Origin: Oscillatoriales cyanobacterium | Lineage (GTDB): Bacteria > Cyanobacteriota > Cyanobacteriia > Cyanobacteriales > Laspinemataceae | NCBI GenBank assembly: GCA_011390955.1 | Contig: JAABRM010000001.1 | Coordinates: forward strand, 174,694-238,693 | Reading direction: 5' to 3' | Length of the DNA: 64,000 nucleotides | Part shown: positions 20,946-29,986 of the stretch, piece after piece | Numbering within the stretch: the stretch's first letter is position 1 | Layout of the letters: each line of letters starts with the position of its first letter | Position numbers and translations under genes: made by a program | Notes under the pieces: generated by a model | Databases searched by the model: none | What the model was told of the DNA's origin: nothing | Seen by the model: the letters and a program-made list of their open reading frames with translations, nothing else

Positions 20946-23600
20946 GTGTCCATTGTGTCTCAATTTGATATCGCCAACAAAATTAGCCGTGAGCCCTACT
21001 ACAGCACTCAGCTAGGTTCAGCCTACTTGGGCAATAGTTTAGAACTGATGGCAGAATTGCCCGATGAAAGTGTCGATTTAATTTGCACTTCTCCACCTTT
21101 CGCCCTGGTAAGAAAGAAAGAATACGGCAATGTAGATGCTCATCAATATGTTGAATGGTTCAAGACATTTGCCCGTGAATTCTATCGGATTCTTAAGCCT
21201 CAAGGGTCGCTATTTATCGATATTGGCGGCACTTGGCTGAAAGGTTTTCCGGTGCGATCGCTCTATCATTTTGAGTTAGTCATCGAGCTTTGTCAACCTA
21301 AATCAAAAGGCGGTTTAGGGTTTTTCCTGGCTCAAGAAATTTTCTGGTATAATCCCGCCAAACTTCCGACCCCAGCAGAATGGGTGACAGTGCGACGAGA
21401 GCGGGTGAAAGATGCTGTAAATACGGTTTGGTGGTTATCAAAAGATCCCCACCCTAAAGCCAATAATAAGCGAGTTTTACGCCCTTACAGTGAGGCGATG
21501 AAAAACCTGCTAAAAAATGGTTATGAGGCAAAACTACGCCCCTCTGGACATGATATTTCTACTAAGTTTCAGACCGATCGCGGTGGGGCGATTCCTCCCA
21601 ATATTATCGCCGATACTGCGTCTAGTGCAGGCACATTTATTGGTCAACCAGTATTGGGGGAATTTAATTGGATTTTAGACCATGATTTAGCCCAGCCCGT
21701 GAATGTGATTGCCGCTTCTAACACCGCATCTAATGACTACTATCAGCGACGCTGCAAGGAAGCCGGAATTAAACCTCATCCGGCGAGATTTCCCCAAGCA
21801 TTACCGGAATTTGCGATCGCACTTTGTACGGAACCCGGTGATTTAGTCCTCGATCCGTTTGCCGGTTCAAATATGACTGGACGAGTCGCCGAAACCCTCG
21901 ATCGCCGTTGGTTAGGCTTTGAATTAGATGAAAATTATATTAAAGCATCACAATTTAGATTTGAAGCCGATGCGCCCCTAGTAGTTAATCCATTAAAAGA
22001 CCGAAAATATCTTAAACAAAAAGCGCTAGATTTAGCCCCTGCCCCTGATTATCGAAAAAAATCATCTACCATAGATGATAAAAATAGTCATATTCAATTA
22101 GACTTATTTCAATCACAGAGTAACGATATGCCAGAACAAAAACTTAAATTCACCTATGGTCATCAGTTTGAACCCAAAACGATGCATTTACCTGAACTGA
22201 TGCAGCTATGTAAAGAAAATCAGCCCGATCGCCGGGTTCTACAGGATGAAATTGCCAAGCGCTACTATTCCAGCCACTCAAACCAAAATGATTTACAGAA
22301 AGGAGAAAATCGTAGCAAACTGGCAATGAATACATTTCTCTCTCTTCGTGCTTACAAGTTAGTTGAATCGATTAATGATGATGATTGGCAGTACCAAGTC
22401 ACAGATATTGCTAATCAAATCCTAGAACATCAAAGTGATGCTGATGAAGTCGCGACAATTTTTGCCCGTCACATCCTGACTAACTTAACCGGAATGTCTT
22501 TACTCAAAGCGGTGGAAGCGATTAATAGTAGAGGCGATCGACCCAAATTGGATTTAATTGGTTATGAACTGCAAGAAATGGGGTATTCTCTCTCTCCCAA
22601 CGCTATTTATGTGAGCACCATGCGACAATGGCTAGAAAAGGCAGGAGTATTTGAGAAAACCTACGAGATTAACTGGGATCGAGTCTATGATATCCTAGAA
22701 CTTGATAAAGATTATATTGACGAGATTTATACTCTGACCTCAGAGCAAAAGTATTTTCTTTTAGCCATGCTCCAGATGAGCATTACAGAACTCACTAAAT
22801 GGAATGACATTGCTAACTATGCGGTGAGTGTTTATAAAGTCCGCTTTCCCTCTAAGTCATTTGTTAAGGATATTATTCAACCTTTAGTAGAATTTGGGTT
22901 GATTTCCACGGAAAAAACTACCGGAGGACGTGGGGCTAAACCTAATCTGGTTAAACTGACGGAAAAAGCGCAACGTGAATTATTGTCTCAACTGTTAGAG
23001 GCGATCGCCGAACTGACAGAAATCTCCCAAACTGAGCTAAATCGAAGTTTTGAAGATGTGGTCAATGATTTAGATCATCCCGATAAACATATTAAAGGCA
23101 AAGCCCTGGAATTGTTAGCAATTTGGATGATTCGTTTGACCAGTCTTCGCTTCACAAAATGGCGGAAACGGGACTATGAAACTGGACAAGGGGAAGTTGA
23201 TGTTTTAGCGGCATCCGATCGCTTTGTCTATCACCGCTGGCAAATTCAGTGCAAAAATACCAAACGAGTTGATGTTGAAGTGTTAGCGAAAGAAGTCGGG
23301 ATGACTTTTGTCACTGGGGCTGATGTGGTAATGATTGTCACCACGGGTGAGTTTACCAGAGATGCTTTCCAATATGCTTATCGGATGATGGAAATATCTC
23401 GTTATTATATGGTGTTAATTCAAAAAGAGGATATTGAGGCGATTAAAGCCGATCGCACTAATATTATTAAGATTCTCGATCGCCGCGCAAGGCGTGTATT
23501 TGCTAAGAAAGAACTGGGGTTAACAGATGATGCGGTGGATGAGATAGAAAGTGAAGAAGATTCCCTGACAGAATTTGAGGGAACCTTGGCAGAAGAATAG
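20946..23600 (+). CDS. Fusion protein: beta-class amino-DNA methyltransferase (N4-C/N6-A) in the N-terminal half, Mrr-like PD-(D/E)xK restriction-endonuclease domain near the C-terminus
   Basis: Motif IV DLICTSPPF precedes motif I DPFAGSNMTG (beta-class order). C-terminal GEVDVLAASD...WQIQCKN matches the Mrr_cat D...(E/Q)xK core. GTG start with GAGGAAAG Shine-Dalgarno. Confidence 0.7.
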   Translation: MSIVSQFDIANKISREPYYSTQLGSAYLGNSLELMAELPDESVDLICTSPPFALVRKKEYGNVDAHQYVEWFKTFAREFYRILKPQGSLFIDIGGTWLKGFPVRSLYHFELVIELCQPKSKGGLGFFLAQEIFWYNPAKLPTPAEWVTVRRERVKDAVNTVWWLSKDPHPKANNKRVLRPYSEAMKNLLKNGYEAKLRPSGHDISTKFQTDRGGAIPPNIIADTASSAGTFIGQPVLGEFNWILDHDLAQPVNVIAASNTASNDYYQRRCKEAGIKPHPARFPQALPEFAIALCTEPGDLVLDPFAGSNMTGRVAETLDRRWLGFELDENYIKASQFRFEADAPLVVNPLKDRKYLKQKALDLAPAPDYRKKSSTIDDKNSHIQLDLFQSQSNDMPEQKLKFTYGHQFEPKTMHLPELMQLCKENQPDRRVLQDEIAKRYYSSHSNQNDLQKGENRSKLAMNTFLSLRAYKLVESINDDDWQYQVTDIANQILEHQSDADEVATIFARHILTNLTGMSLLKAVEAINSRGDRPKLDLIGYELQEMGYSLSPNAIYVSTMRQWLEKAGVFEKTYEINWDRVYDILELDKDYIDEIYTLTSEQKYFLLAMLQMSITELTKWNDIANYAVSVYKVRFPSKSFVKDIIQPLVEFGLISTEKTTGGRGAKPNLVKLTEKAQRELLSQLLEAIAELTEISQTELNRSFEDVVNDLDHPDKHIKGKALELLAIWMIRLTSLRFTKWRKRDYETGQGEVDVLAASDRFVYHRWQIQCKNTKRVDVEVLAKEVGMTFVTGADVVMIVTTGEFTRDAFQYAYRMMEISRYYMVLIQKEDIEAIKADRTNIIKILDRRARRVFAKKELGLTDDAVDEIESEEDSLTEFEGTLAEE

Positions 23601-23667
23601 AATAATGTTGGGCAGAAGGTGACGGAATTATCTCTGCCTGAATATTGACAAAACTCTGGGAGGATAA

Positions 23668-25029
23668 TTGGGTATTAGCCGTTTAGCCCATCCAAAGATA
23701 GACTACAATATGATTCAGCAGTGGTTTTTTGGGGATTGCAAAGTAGCAATGGATCAAGATTTTTTTACTCAAGGATTAGCCAAAGCTGGCAATAAAGACT
23801 ATCTAGGGGCGATCGCCTGTTTTGACCAAGCATTAGCCAGTAATCCCGATTTTACTCAAGGTTACTATCATCGCGGTTTAGCTAAGTTTGACTCAGGAGA
23901 TCCTCAAGGGGCGATCGCCGATTATACCCAAGCCTTAAACCTCAATTCTGAATATATCGAGGCTTATTTTGCCCGATGTTTAGGACACATTGCTTTAGGA
24001 GATTTGCCGCAAGCGCTGGCTGATATCGACCGGGCAATTGCCATCAATCCCAATTCTGCTAAAGCCTATAAATTGCGGGGAACCGTCTACCGAAAAATGG
24101 GCAATAATGAAGCAGCGATCGCCAATTTTAAACAAGGGGCAGAACTTTATATTCAGCAGAAAGACGCGGCAAATGCTCGCCAATGTCTCGATCAAATTAA
24201 AAACCTACAATGTCCAGCACCTGCCCCGGTTTTTCCCCAGAAAAAGCCCGTCATCTTGCCACAAATGTTATCGGAAAAACAGTTATATGCCCAATTGCTA
24301 GAAAAAGCCGAAACTGGTGACATTCAAGGAGCATTAGCGGGGTTAAATTGGGCAGTTGAAGTCGATCCAAAAGATGCCGCAGCTTATCTCTGTCGAGGGA
24401 TTGTGCGCTGTAAAGTGCAAAATTATCGAGAGGCGATCGCGGATTTCAATCAAGCCTTAAAATTAGCCCCAGAAGATATCACTATTTACCGCAATCGTGG
24501 CAAAGCCAGAGCCGCATTTGGTGACGCTCAAGGTGCGATCGCGGACTATAATAAAGTCCTGGAAAAAGACCCAAAAGATCCCTTAGCCTATATTGCCAGA
24601 GGCAATGCTTATCGGGAAACTAGCAAGTATGCTGAAGCCATGCAAGACTATAACCAAGCCATCAAAATTAACTCCCAAGAAGGGGACGCTTATTATAATC
24701 GGGCGATCGTCCACAGTCGCTTAGAAGAAATCTCAGCAGCCATCCAAGATTATCAAACTGCCGCCCAAATTTTTTGCGAAAAAGAAGACTGGGACAACTA
24801 CCAAAAAGCCCTAGATAGCCAGAAAAAAATTCAAGGAGCAACTCCCCCGGAAAAAGACCCGAATCTTTTCAAAAATCAACAAAAGCAACGGCTACTTTTA
24901 TTAGTCGGGGGCTATTGGGAAATTGCCGAACGTTTAATTCAGCAAGCGAAAGACAAATATCCAGGTAATTCAGAGCAATGGTACTGGGAAAAAGTGATTG
25001 CTGACTTAGAGCGCGATCGCGGTTTATAA
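23668..25029 (+). CDS. Tetratricopeptide-repeat (TPR) protein
   Basis: At least 8 tandem 34-aa TPR units (AxxxYxxALxxxP pattern, e.g. AIADYTQALNLNSEYIEAYFARCLGH). Confidence 0.85.
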   Translation: MGISRLAHPKIDYNMIQQWFFGDCKVAMDQDFFTQGLAKAGNKDYLGAIACFDQALASNPDFTQGYYHRGLAKFDSGDPQGAIADYTQALNLNSEYIEAYFARCLGHIALGDLPQALADIDRAIAINPNSAKAYKLRGTVYRKMGNNEAAIANFKQGAELYIQQKDAANARQCLDQIKNLQCPAPAPVFPQKKPVILPQMLSEKQLYAQLLEKAETGDIQGALAGLNWAVEVDPKDAAAYLCRGIVRCKVQNYREAIADFNQALKLAPEDITIYRNRGKARAAFGDAQGAIADYNKVLEKDPKDPLAYIARGNAYRETSKYAEAMQDYNQAIKINSQEGDAYYNRAIVHSRLEEISAAIQDYQTAAQIFCEKEDWDNYQKALDSQKKIQGATPPEKDPNLFKNQQKQRLLLLVGGYWEIAERLIQQAKDKYPGNSEQWYWEKVIADLERDRGL

Positions 25030-25066
25030 TCGATTATAATACCGTTTTTAATAAAAAATGCAGTAG

Positions 25067-25170
25067 TAGGGGCGCAATGCTTGCGCCCAAATTAAGCTCG
25101 GAATTGTAGCATTATAGTTCTTTCAATTGCGCTTCATAGCATTAAGGGCGCAAGCATTGCGCCCCTACAA
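25067..25170. repeat. GTAGGGGC...GCCCCTAC hairpin element (104 bp) between convergent genes
   Basis: GTAGGGGCGCAATGCTTGCGCCC...GGGCGCAAGCATTGCGCCCCTAC. Confidence 0.7.
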
Positions 25171-25239
25171 TTTTTTGTCAAATTAGTAGAAATTGGTTTA
25201 CAGCAATTTTCTATTGAATCTACCACAAATTTTTGTAGG

Positions 25240-25303
25240 GGCGAAGCATGACCGCAGACAAATTATTGCTGAAAATATTAATCTGAATCCGGTCATGCTT
25301 CGC
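25240..25303. repeat. Second hairpin element of the same family (GTAGGGGCGAAGCATGACC...GGTCATGCTTCGCCC)
   Basis: Perfect 16-bp inverted arms containing GAAGCATG/CATGCTTC. Confidence 0.65.
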
Positions 25304-25445
25304 CCGATCGCGGGTTATAATCGATTATAAATTGGTTTAAATCAGATTTTTTTGGGGAATTTTTTGGTAATTAGAGGCCAACCGCCGTTGACCCCTAATT
25401 ACCATTAATTACCCGGATTTGGCAGCGCCAATAATCAAGCAAAGT

Positions 25446-26945
25446 CTAAGCTTTAATCCGCTGTAACAAGTCATAAAATGGTTGCCAATTATCCTCAACA
25501 GCGATCGCTTCCCAAATCGCCTCAATTTCTGGTCGTAATAGAACCGTTTGGGGATTAAATCGCCGTAACCGTTCACCGATTTTTGCCAGTTCATCCCCGG
25601 ATAAAAACTGTAACAGATGATGATATAACTGCCGCCAAGGTTGCAAAGCATCCGACGTTTCTACCTCTGGGAAAATCAGATTAAAATCTTCACGCCATTC
25701 GGGGGAAAACTGTTGAGTCAATTGCCAGAAAAACTCGTGATACCCCACTTCATATTCCCTTAAAACTTGCAGGGTTAACTTAACTAATTCCCGACCTTCT
25801 TCTGTGGGTACGCTTTCAAACCCCAATTTTTTCAGCATTAGTTCTCGATAGGCAGCCTCATAATACTCATAAAACCGATCTAAAGCTGCTTCCATCTCAT
25901 TGGGAGCGATCGCTGGTTTTAAGGGAACTTGCAACTTTTGTAAATTCCAGTAACAAATTGTCGGTTGATTGCCGTAACTGTAGCGACCATAATAGTCAAA
26001 ATAAGCCGCCGTAAACTGGGGATTATAGCTGGGAATAAACGCATAAGGGCCATAGTCAAAACTTTCCCCGGTAATAGACATATTATCCGTATTTAAAACC
26101 GCATGACAAAACCCGGCGGCCATCCATTGCGCCACTAATTCGGCCACTCTTTGCACTAATTCCGCATAGAAACGGGTATAATGCTCTTGACTATATTCCT
26201 CCAACCCATTCTGAATAAAATCAGGGGCGATCGGTGGCAAAACTGTCCGCATTTTCCGCCCACTCACAGCGGGATAATATTGAGAAATCACATGATTTAA
26301 TAGCTTGACAATTAAATCTGGGCGGCTAATATAATGCAATCGTTCAAAAGTACCAAACCGGATATGAGACTTGCTGAAACGAATCATCACCGAAGACCGG
26401 GTGGGAGAAGGTTCGTCCCCACGCCAAAGTTGTTCCCCAGTTTCAATCAGACTCAAACACCGAGAAGTCCGCACCCCCATGCGTTGTAAGGCTTCAGCAG
26501 CCAGGACTTCGCGCACTCCCCCTTTCAGAGTTAAGCGACCATCAGCGGTACGAGAATAAGGGGTTTTACCGCTGCCTTTGGTCCCCAGGTCGTAGAGTTC
26601 GCCATCCACTCCGCGCACCTGTCCATAAAGAAAACCCCGACCATCGCCTAAATTAGGGTTATATTCACCAAACTGGTAGCCGTGGTAACGCAGGGCTAAA
26701 AAAGGTCGGACACCCAGAAAATAACCGAACGCTTCGATAAAATCTCGATCGGTGACTTCTCTTGGGTCGAGTCCCAAAGTGGGCAGTAAGTCGTCATTGC
26801 GAAAACGCAGAATAGTTGCGGGAAATTCGGCAGCAGAAACCGGATCGTAGTAGTCATACCCCAAATTTTCCAGAACAGGTTCATAGTTCAGGGTTAAAAA
26901 AGGATTCGCAGTTTCGATGGTTTTGAACGGTTGAGTTTGGGTCAC
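25446..26945 (-). CDS. selO: Protein adenylyltransferase SelO (YdiU/UPF0061 family)
   Basis: Conserved [23 protein letters not shown] block and N-terminal [10 protein letters not shown] region. Length 499 aa. Confidence 0.85.
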   Translation of the reverse strand: MTQTQPFKTIETANPFLTLNYEPVLENLGYDYYDPVSAAEFPATILRFRNDDLLPTLGLDPREVTDRDFIEAFGYFLGVRPFLALRYHGYQFGEYNPNLGDGRGFLYGQVRGVDGELYDLGTKGSGKTPYSRTADGRLTLKGGVREVLAAEALQRMGVRTSRCLSLIETGEQLWRGDEPSPTRSSVMIRFSKSHIRFGTFERLHYISRPDLIVKLLNHVISQYYPAVSGRKMRTVLPPIAPDFIQNGLEEYSQEHYTRFYAELVQRVAELVAQWMAAGFCHAVLNTDNMSITGESFDYGPYAFIPSYNPQFTAAYFDYYGRYSYGNQPTICYWNLQKLQVPLKPAIAPNEMEAALDRFYEYYEAAYRELMLKKLGFESVPTEEGRELVKLTLQVLREYEVGYHEFFWQLTQQFSPEWREDFNLIFPEVETSDALQPWRQLYHHLLQFLSGDELAKIGERLRRFNPQTVLLRPEIEAIWEAIAVEDNWQPFYDLLQRIKA

Positions 26946-27097
26946 GGATACAAAGATTAATTGGTTTTTTTTCTATCCTCTATTTTGCCAGTTTTTTGCC
27001 AGTTTTTTTGCCCGCCAACTTATCGGTTATCCCATCCGTTATCCCATTCGTTGGTGGTGCGTTACGTTCCACTTCGTTCCACTAACGCACCCTACCA

Positions 27098-27184
27098 CTG
27101 CCACATCCGTTGCCACATCCGTTGCCAATCCGCTGCCAATCCGTTGCCAATCCGTTGCCAATCCGCTGCCAATCCGCTGCCAAA
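27098..27184. repeat. 12-bp tandem repeat TGCCA(A/C)ATCCG(T/C) x7 in the selO/kinase divergent-convergent spacer
   Basis: ctgccacatccgttgccacatccgttgccaatccgctgccaatccgttgccaatccgttgccaatccgctgccaatccgctgcc. Confidence 0.85.
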
Positions 27185-27194
27185 AATCACAAAC

Positions 27195-28820
27195 TTAGCC
27201 AAAAAAGCTGCGTTTGCCATTGGGTTTAATCGTGTTCCAATTGGTGCGAGCATAAGATAACTGCTGATCGGTAATCATCGCCCCAGTCAAATTCGCCCCA
27301 CAGAGATTAACTCCCCGCAAATTCGCATAAGTAAAAGAGGCATAACTTAAGTCCGCGCCGCGCAAATCAGCGCCGCTTAAGTTGGCATAAAGAAAAGAAG
27401 CTTTGCTTAAGTTTGTATTCCGCAAATTGGCTTGAGTTAAGCTGGATCGGTCAAAACTAGCATTAAATAAGTCTGAACCTTCAAGATTGACTTGATCTAA
27501 TTTTGAGTGATAAAAGTTAGCTTTTTGTAAGAGACTGTTTTGCAGATTTAATCCGACTAAATCGCATTCAATAAAATCGCGTTTACCTTTGGTATAAGCT
27601 AATCTGACTCCATTGGCATCGAGGGCTTCTGAATCTGGGGGCATTTTCGCGTGAGTCCGACTTTGAGAACCTCCAGATCCACCAGATTGGGCAACGGTTC
27701 TGGGATCCATGCCCGTATTCATGGTTAAACCTTGTTTTAAGATGGTTTTTTCTTTTCTGGCTTTGCGATCGCGAATTGCCCGGGCTTGACGAATATGTTC
27801 TGGCAACCATTTAGAGTCTTCCGTATCGATTTGGGTCACTTCTTCCGGTGCTTGAATCGGAGTCAGAGGACGAGTCACCATACTTTGGGCCAACTCATTA
27901 CTATGGGATTCCAGATCCAAAGCTCGGAGGACTTCATCGGCGCTATGATAGCGATCGCGCACTCCTGCCGCCAGCATTTTCGCCAGAATCTCCGCAAACC
28001 CATTGCTAATTTGCACGAATGGTCGCCAAATAATCTCGCAAGTTAGCGGATCGTAGCCGAAATTTTTCGGCGATTGGCCGGTCAACAAATAAAGACAAGT
28101 TGCCCCGATCGCATAGATATCGCTGGCATAAACCGGACGCAAAGCCATCTGTTCTTGGGGAGCAAAACCCGGTGTACCAATGGCGAATGAAGTAAAAGCG
28201 GTTTCCCCGGTATTGTTGCTCATAATGGTTTGACTCACCTCATCTTTCACCGCCCCAAAATCAATCAAAACCAACTGTCGATCGATATCGCGACGGATAA
28301 TATTCGCCGGTTTAATATCGCGGTGAATCACCTCATTCTCGTGGAGGTATTTAATCAGGGGCAAAATTTGCCGGAGAAAGTCTTTAGCCCCCTGTTCGCT
28401 CAGAGGGCCATTAGCCTTCACTTCTTGTTTCAGGTTTTTGCCCGCAATATATTCTTGAACCAAATAGAAAAATTCTTGGCCAATGGCTGGATCTTTCACC
28501 GCAAAATAGTCTAATAGTCTCGGCACCTGGGGATGATCCCCAACCCGACCCAGGGTTTTGGCTTCTCGCGCAAAAAGCTGCCGCGCCATTTCTAGAACAC
28601 GGGGGGAATCAGAAGCCGGACGGAGTTGCTTAATCACGCAGACCGGGGCACCGGGTAAGGAACGATCTCTGGCGATAAATGTGGCGCCAAAGCCACCTTG
28701 ACCCAACGCTTTGATCGCCTGGTAGCGATCGCGCAGGAGAAGGTTTGCCCCGCAACTTTGACATCGGCGAGTTGTGTCAGGATTTTTCGGATTAGGACAA
28801 GCTGGATTAACGCAGTACAT
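27195..28820 (-). CDS. Ser/Thr protein kinase with N-terminal Cys4 zinc ribbon and C-terminal pentapeptide repeats
   Basis: CVNPACPNP...CQSCGA. Kinase motifs HRDIKPANII, IDFGAVK, GTPGFAPQEQ. C-terminal A(N/D)LxG pentapeptide array (ANLSGADLRGADLSYASFTYANLRGVNLCGANLTGA). Confidence 0.9.
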   Translation of the reverse strand: MYCVNPACPNPKNPDTTRRCQSCGANLLLRDRYQAIKALGQGGFGATFIARDRSLPGAPVCVIKQLRPASDSPRVLEMARQLFAREAKTLGRVGDHPQVPRLLDYFAVKDPAIGQEFFYLVQEYIAGKNLKQEVKANGPLSEQGAKDFLRQILPLIKYLHENEVIHRDIKPANIIRRDIDRQLVLIDFGAVKDEVSQTIMSNNTGETAFTSFAIGTPGFAPQEQMALRPVYASDIYAIGATCLYLLTGQSPKNFGYDPLTCEIIWRPFVQISNGFAEILAKMLAAGVRDRYHSADEVLRALDLESHSNELAQSMVTRPLTPIQAPEEVTQIDTEDSKWLPEHIRQARAIRDRKARKEKTILKQGLTMNTGMDPRTVAQSGGSGGSQSRTHAKMPPDSEALDANGVRLAYTKGKRDFIECDLVGLNLQNSLLQKANFYHSKLDQVNLEGSDLFNASFDRSSLTQANLRNTNLSKASFLYANLSGADLRGADLSYASFTYANLRGVNLCGANLTGAMITDQQLSYARTNWNTIKPNGKRSFFG

Positions 28821-29148
28821 TAAACTTCACCATTAAATTCCACGGTTGTACAACAACCACCTACGAAAATCGATGCTCCCAATGGCTTGTAATTGCTTCA
28901 ATCGATTCTTCTACATTACCTTAGAGAATGCCCCGATTATAGGCGATCGCTCGGCCTAAACTACCGGCGCACTTACCATAGTAATTGAATCACCAGATTA
29001 ATCAAGGATTCCGTTGGCTCATTTCGGTCGATGGGATTCCGCAAAGCGCGGATCGCGGCAGCGAATCGCCTCAAACTGGGACGGTCTTCCCCGCTACTGG
29101 CTTTCATCGAATTATCTCTATATTAGACCTCTTGCAAAATTCTTAAAA

Positions 29149-29176
29149 GCCCCCCTTTTTAAGGGGGGTTGGGGGG
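29149..29176. repeat. C6-W7-G6 hairpin (GCCCCCCTTTTTAAGGGGGGTTGGGGGG)
   Basis: Same architecture as the CCCCCCTTATTAAGGGGGG unit repeated inside the kinase at 8210..8347, and as TCCCCCTTAAAAAAGGGGGA at 46452..46472. Confidence 0.6.
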
Positions 29177-29446
29177 ATCGAGATATTTATTTTGCGCTCT
29201 TGTCTATTTATCTCTATTTTAAGAGTTATTAAAATCAACGACAATAGGTAGCCTGCTAAACTACGAGCCGATCGACTGCCAAAGTGGAAATCGCTCAAAT
29301 TACAGATTTCAAAAATTCAGCAATTTCGGAAAAACCCCCACATACTTGGTCAGATTTTTTGTCCCCCTCTCCCACAAAGGGAGAGGGTTTAGGGCTGAGG
29401 TTTTTCTCACCAGCGATCTAACAATGCTATAGGGAGCAAATCGTAA

Positions 29447-29743
29447 TTAAATTTCTACTTTTACCCCCCGCCAAAATCCCACATATCCAGCAATATTCTT
29501 GGCTGCCTCTTTGGGAGTTGGATAATACCAAGCCGCATCCTTATTTTGTTGACCATCAACTTCAATGGTGTAGTAACTGGCTACTCCTTTCCAACCACAA
29601 GTGGTATGAGTATTGCTAGGTTTAAGATATTCCTGATTAATAGAATCAGGGGGAAAGTATTGATTGCCTTCTACCACTTCGCAGCGATCGCTTTCTGCTA
29701 ATACCGCACCATTCCAAATTGCTTTTGGCATCAGAAACTCCAT
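29447..29743 (-). CDS. DUF427 domain protein
   Basis: WNGAVLAESD...GNQYFP...CGWKGVASYY...AAWYYP matches the conserved DUF427 pattern. Confidence 0.7.
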   Translation of the reverse strand: MEFLMPKAIWNGAVLAESDRCEVVEGNQYFPPDSINQEYLKPSNTHTTCGWKGVASYYTIEVDGQQNKDAAWYYPTPKEAAKNIAGYVGFWRGVKVEI

Positions 29744-29795
29744 CAGTAAGTATTTTTTTAGTTTATTTAGTTTATCGTGTTTTTGGCTGAAAAAA

Positions 29796-29937
29796 TTTGT
29801 TGTTGGTTATTTGTTATTCGTTATTCGTTGGGTAGGGATTCTTTGGTGGTTGGTGGTTGGTGGCTGGGGAATATTCCTCCCATAACAAATAACAAGTAAC
29901 CAACAACGAACAACCAACAACAAACAACCAACAACAA
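29796..29937. repeat. Palindromic (TTGTTG)n ... (CAACAA)n block with a central GGTTGGT repeat
   Basis: Left arm tttgttgttggttatttgttattcgttattcgttgg. Right arm aacaaataacaagtaaccaacaacgaacaaccaacaacaaacaaccaacaacaaa. The arms are inverted complements. Confidence 0.8.
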
Positions 29938-29986
29938 AAAAATTATGAAGTTTTATATGGATTTGATCAAATTAGATCCTTAAGAG

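Noticed and set aside
29149-29176. C6-W7-G6 hairpins as intrinsic terminators
   Set aside because: Strong stem, but no downstream U-run in either orientation at 29149, and the 8210 copies are inside a CDS. More consistent with a dispersed palindromic element than with terminators.
29352-29376. Hairpin CCCTCTCCCACAAAGGGAGAGGG downstream of the DUF427 gene as its terminator
   Set aside because: On the minus (coding) strand the hairpin is followed by an A-run rather than a U-run. The plus-strand T-run is weak. The function is ambiguous, so it is not called.
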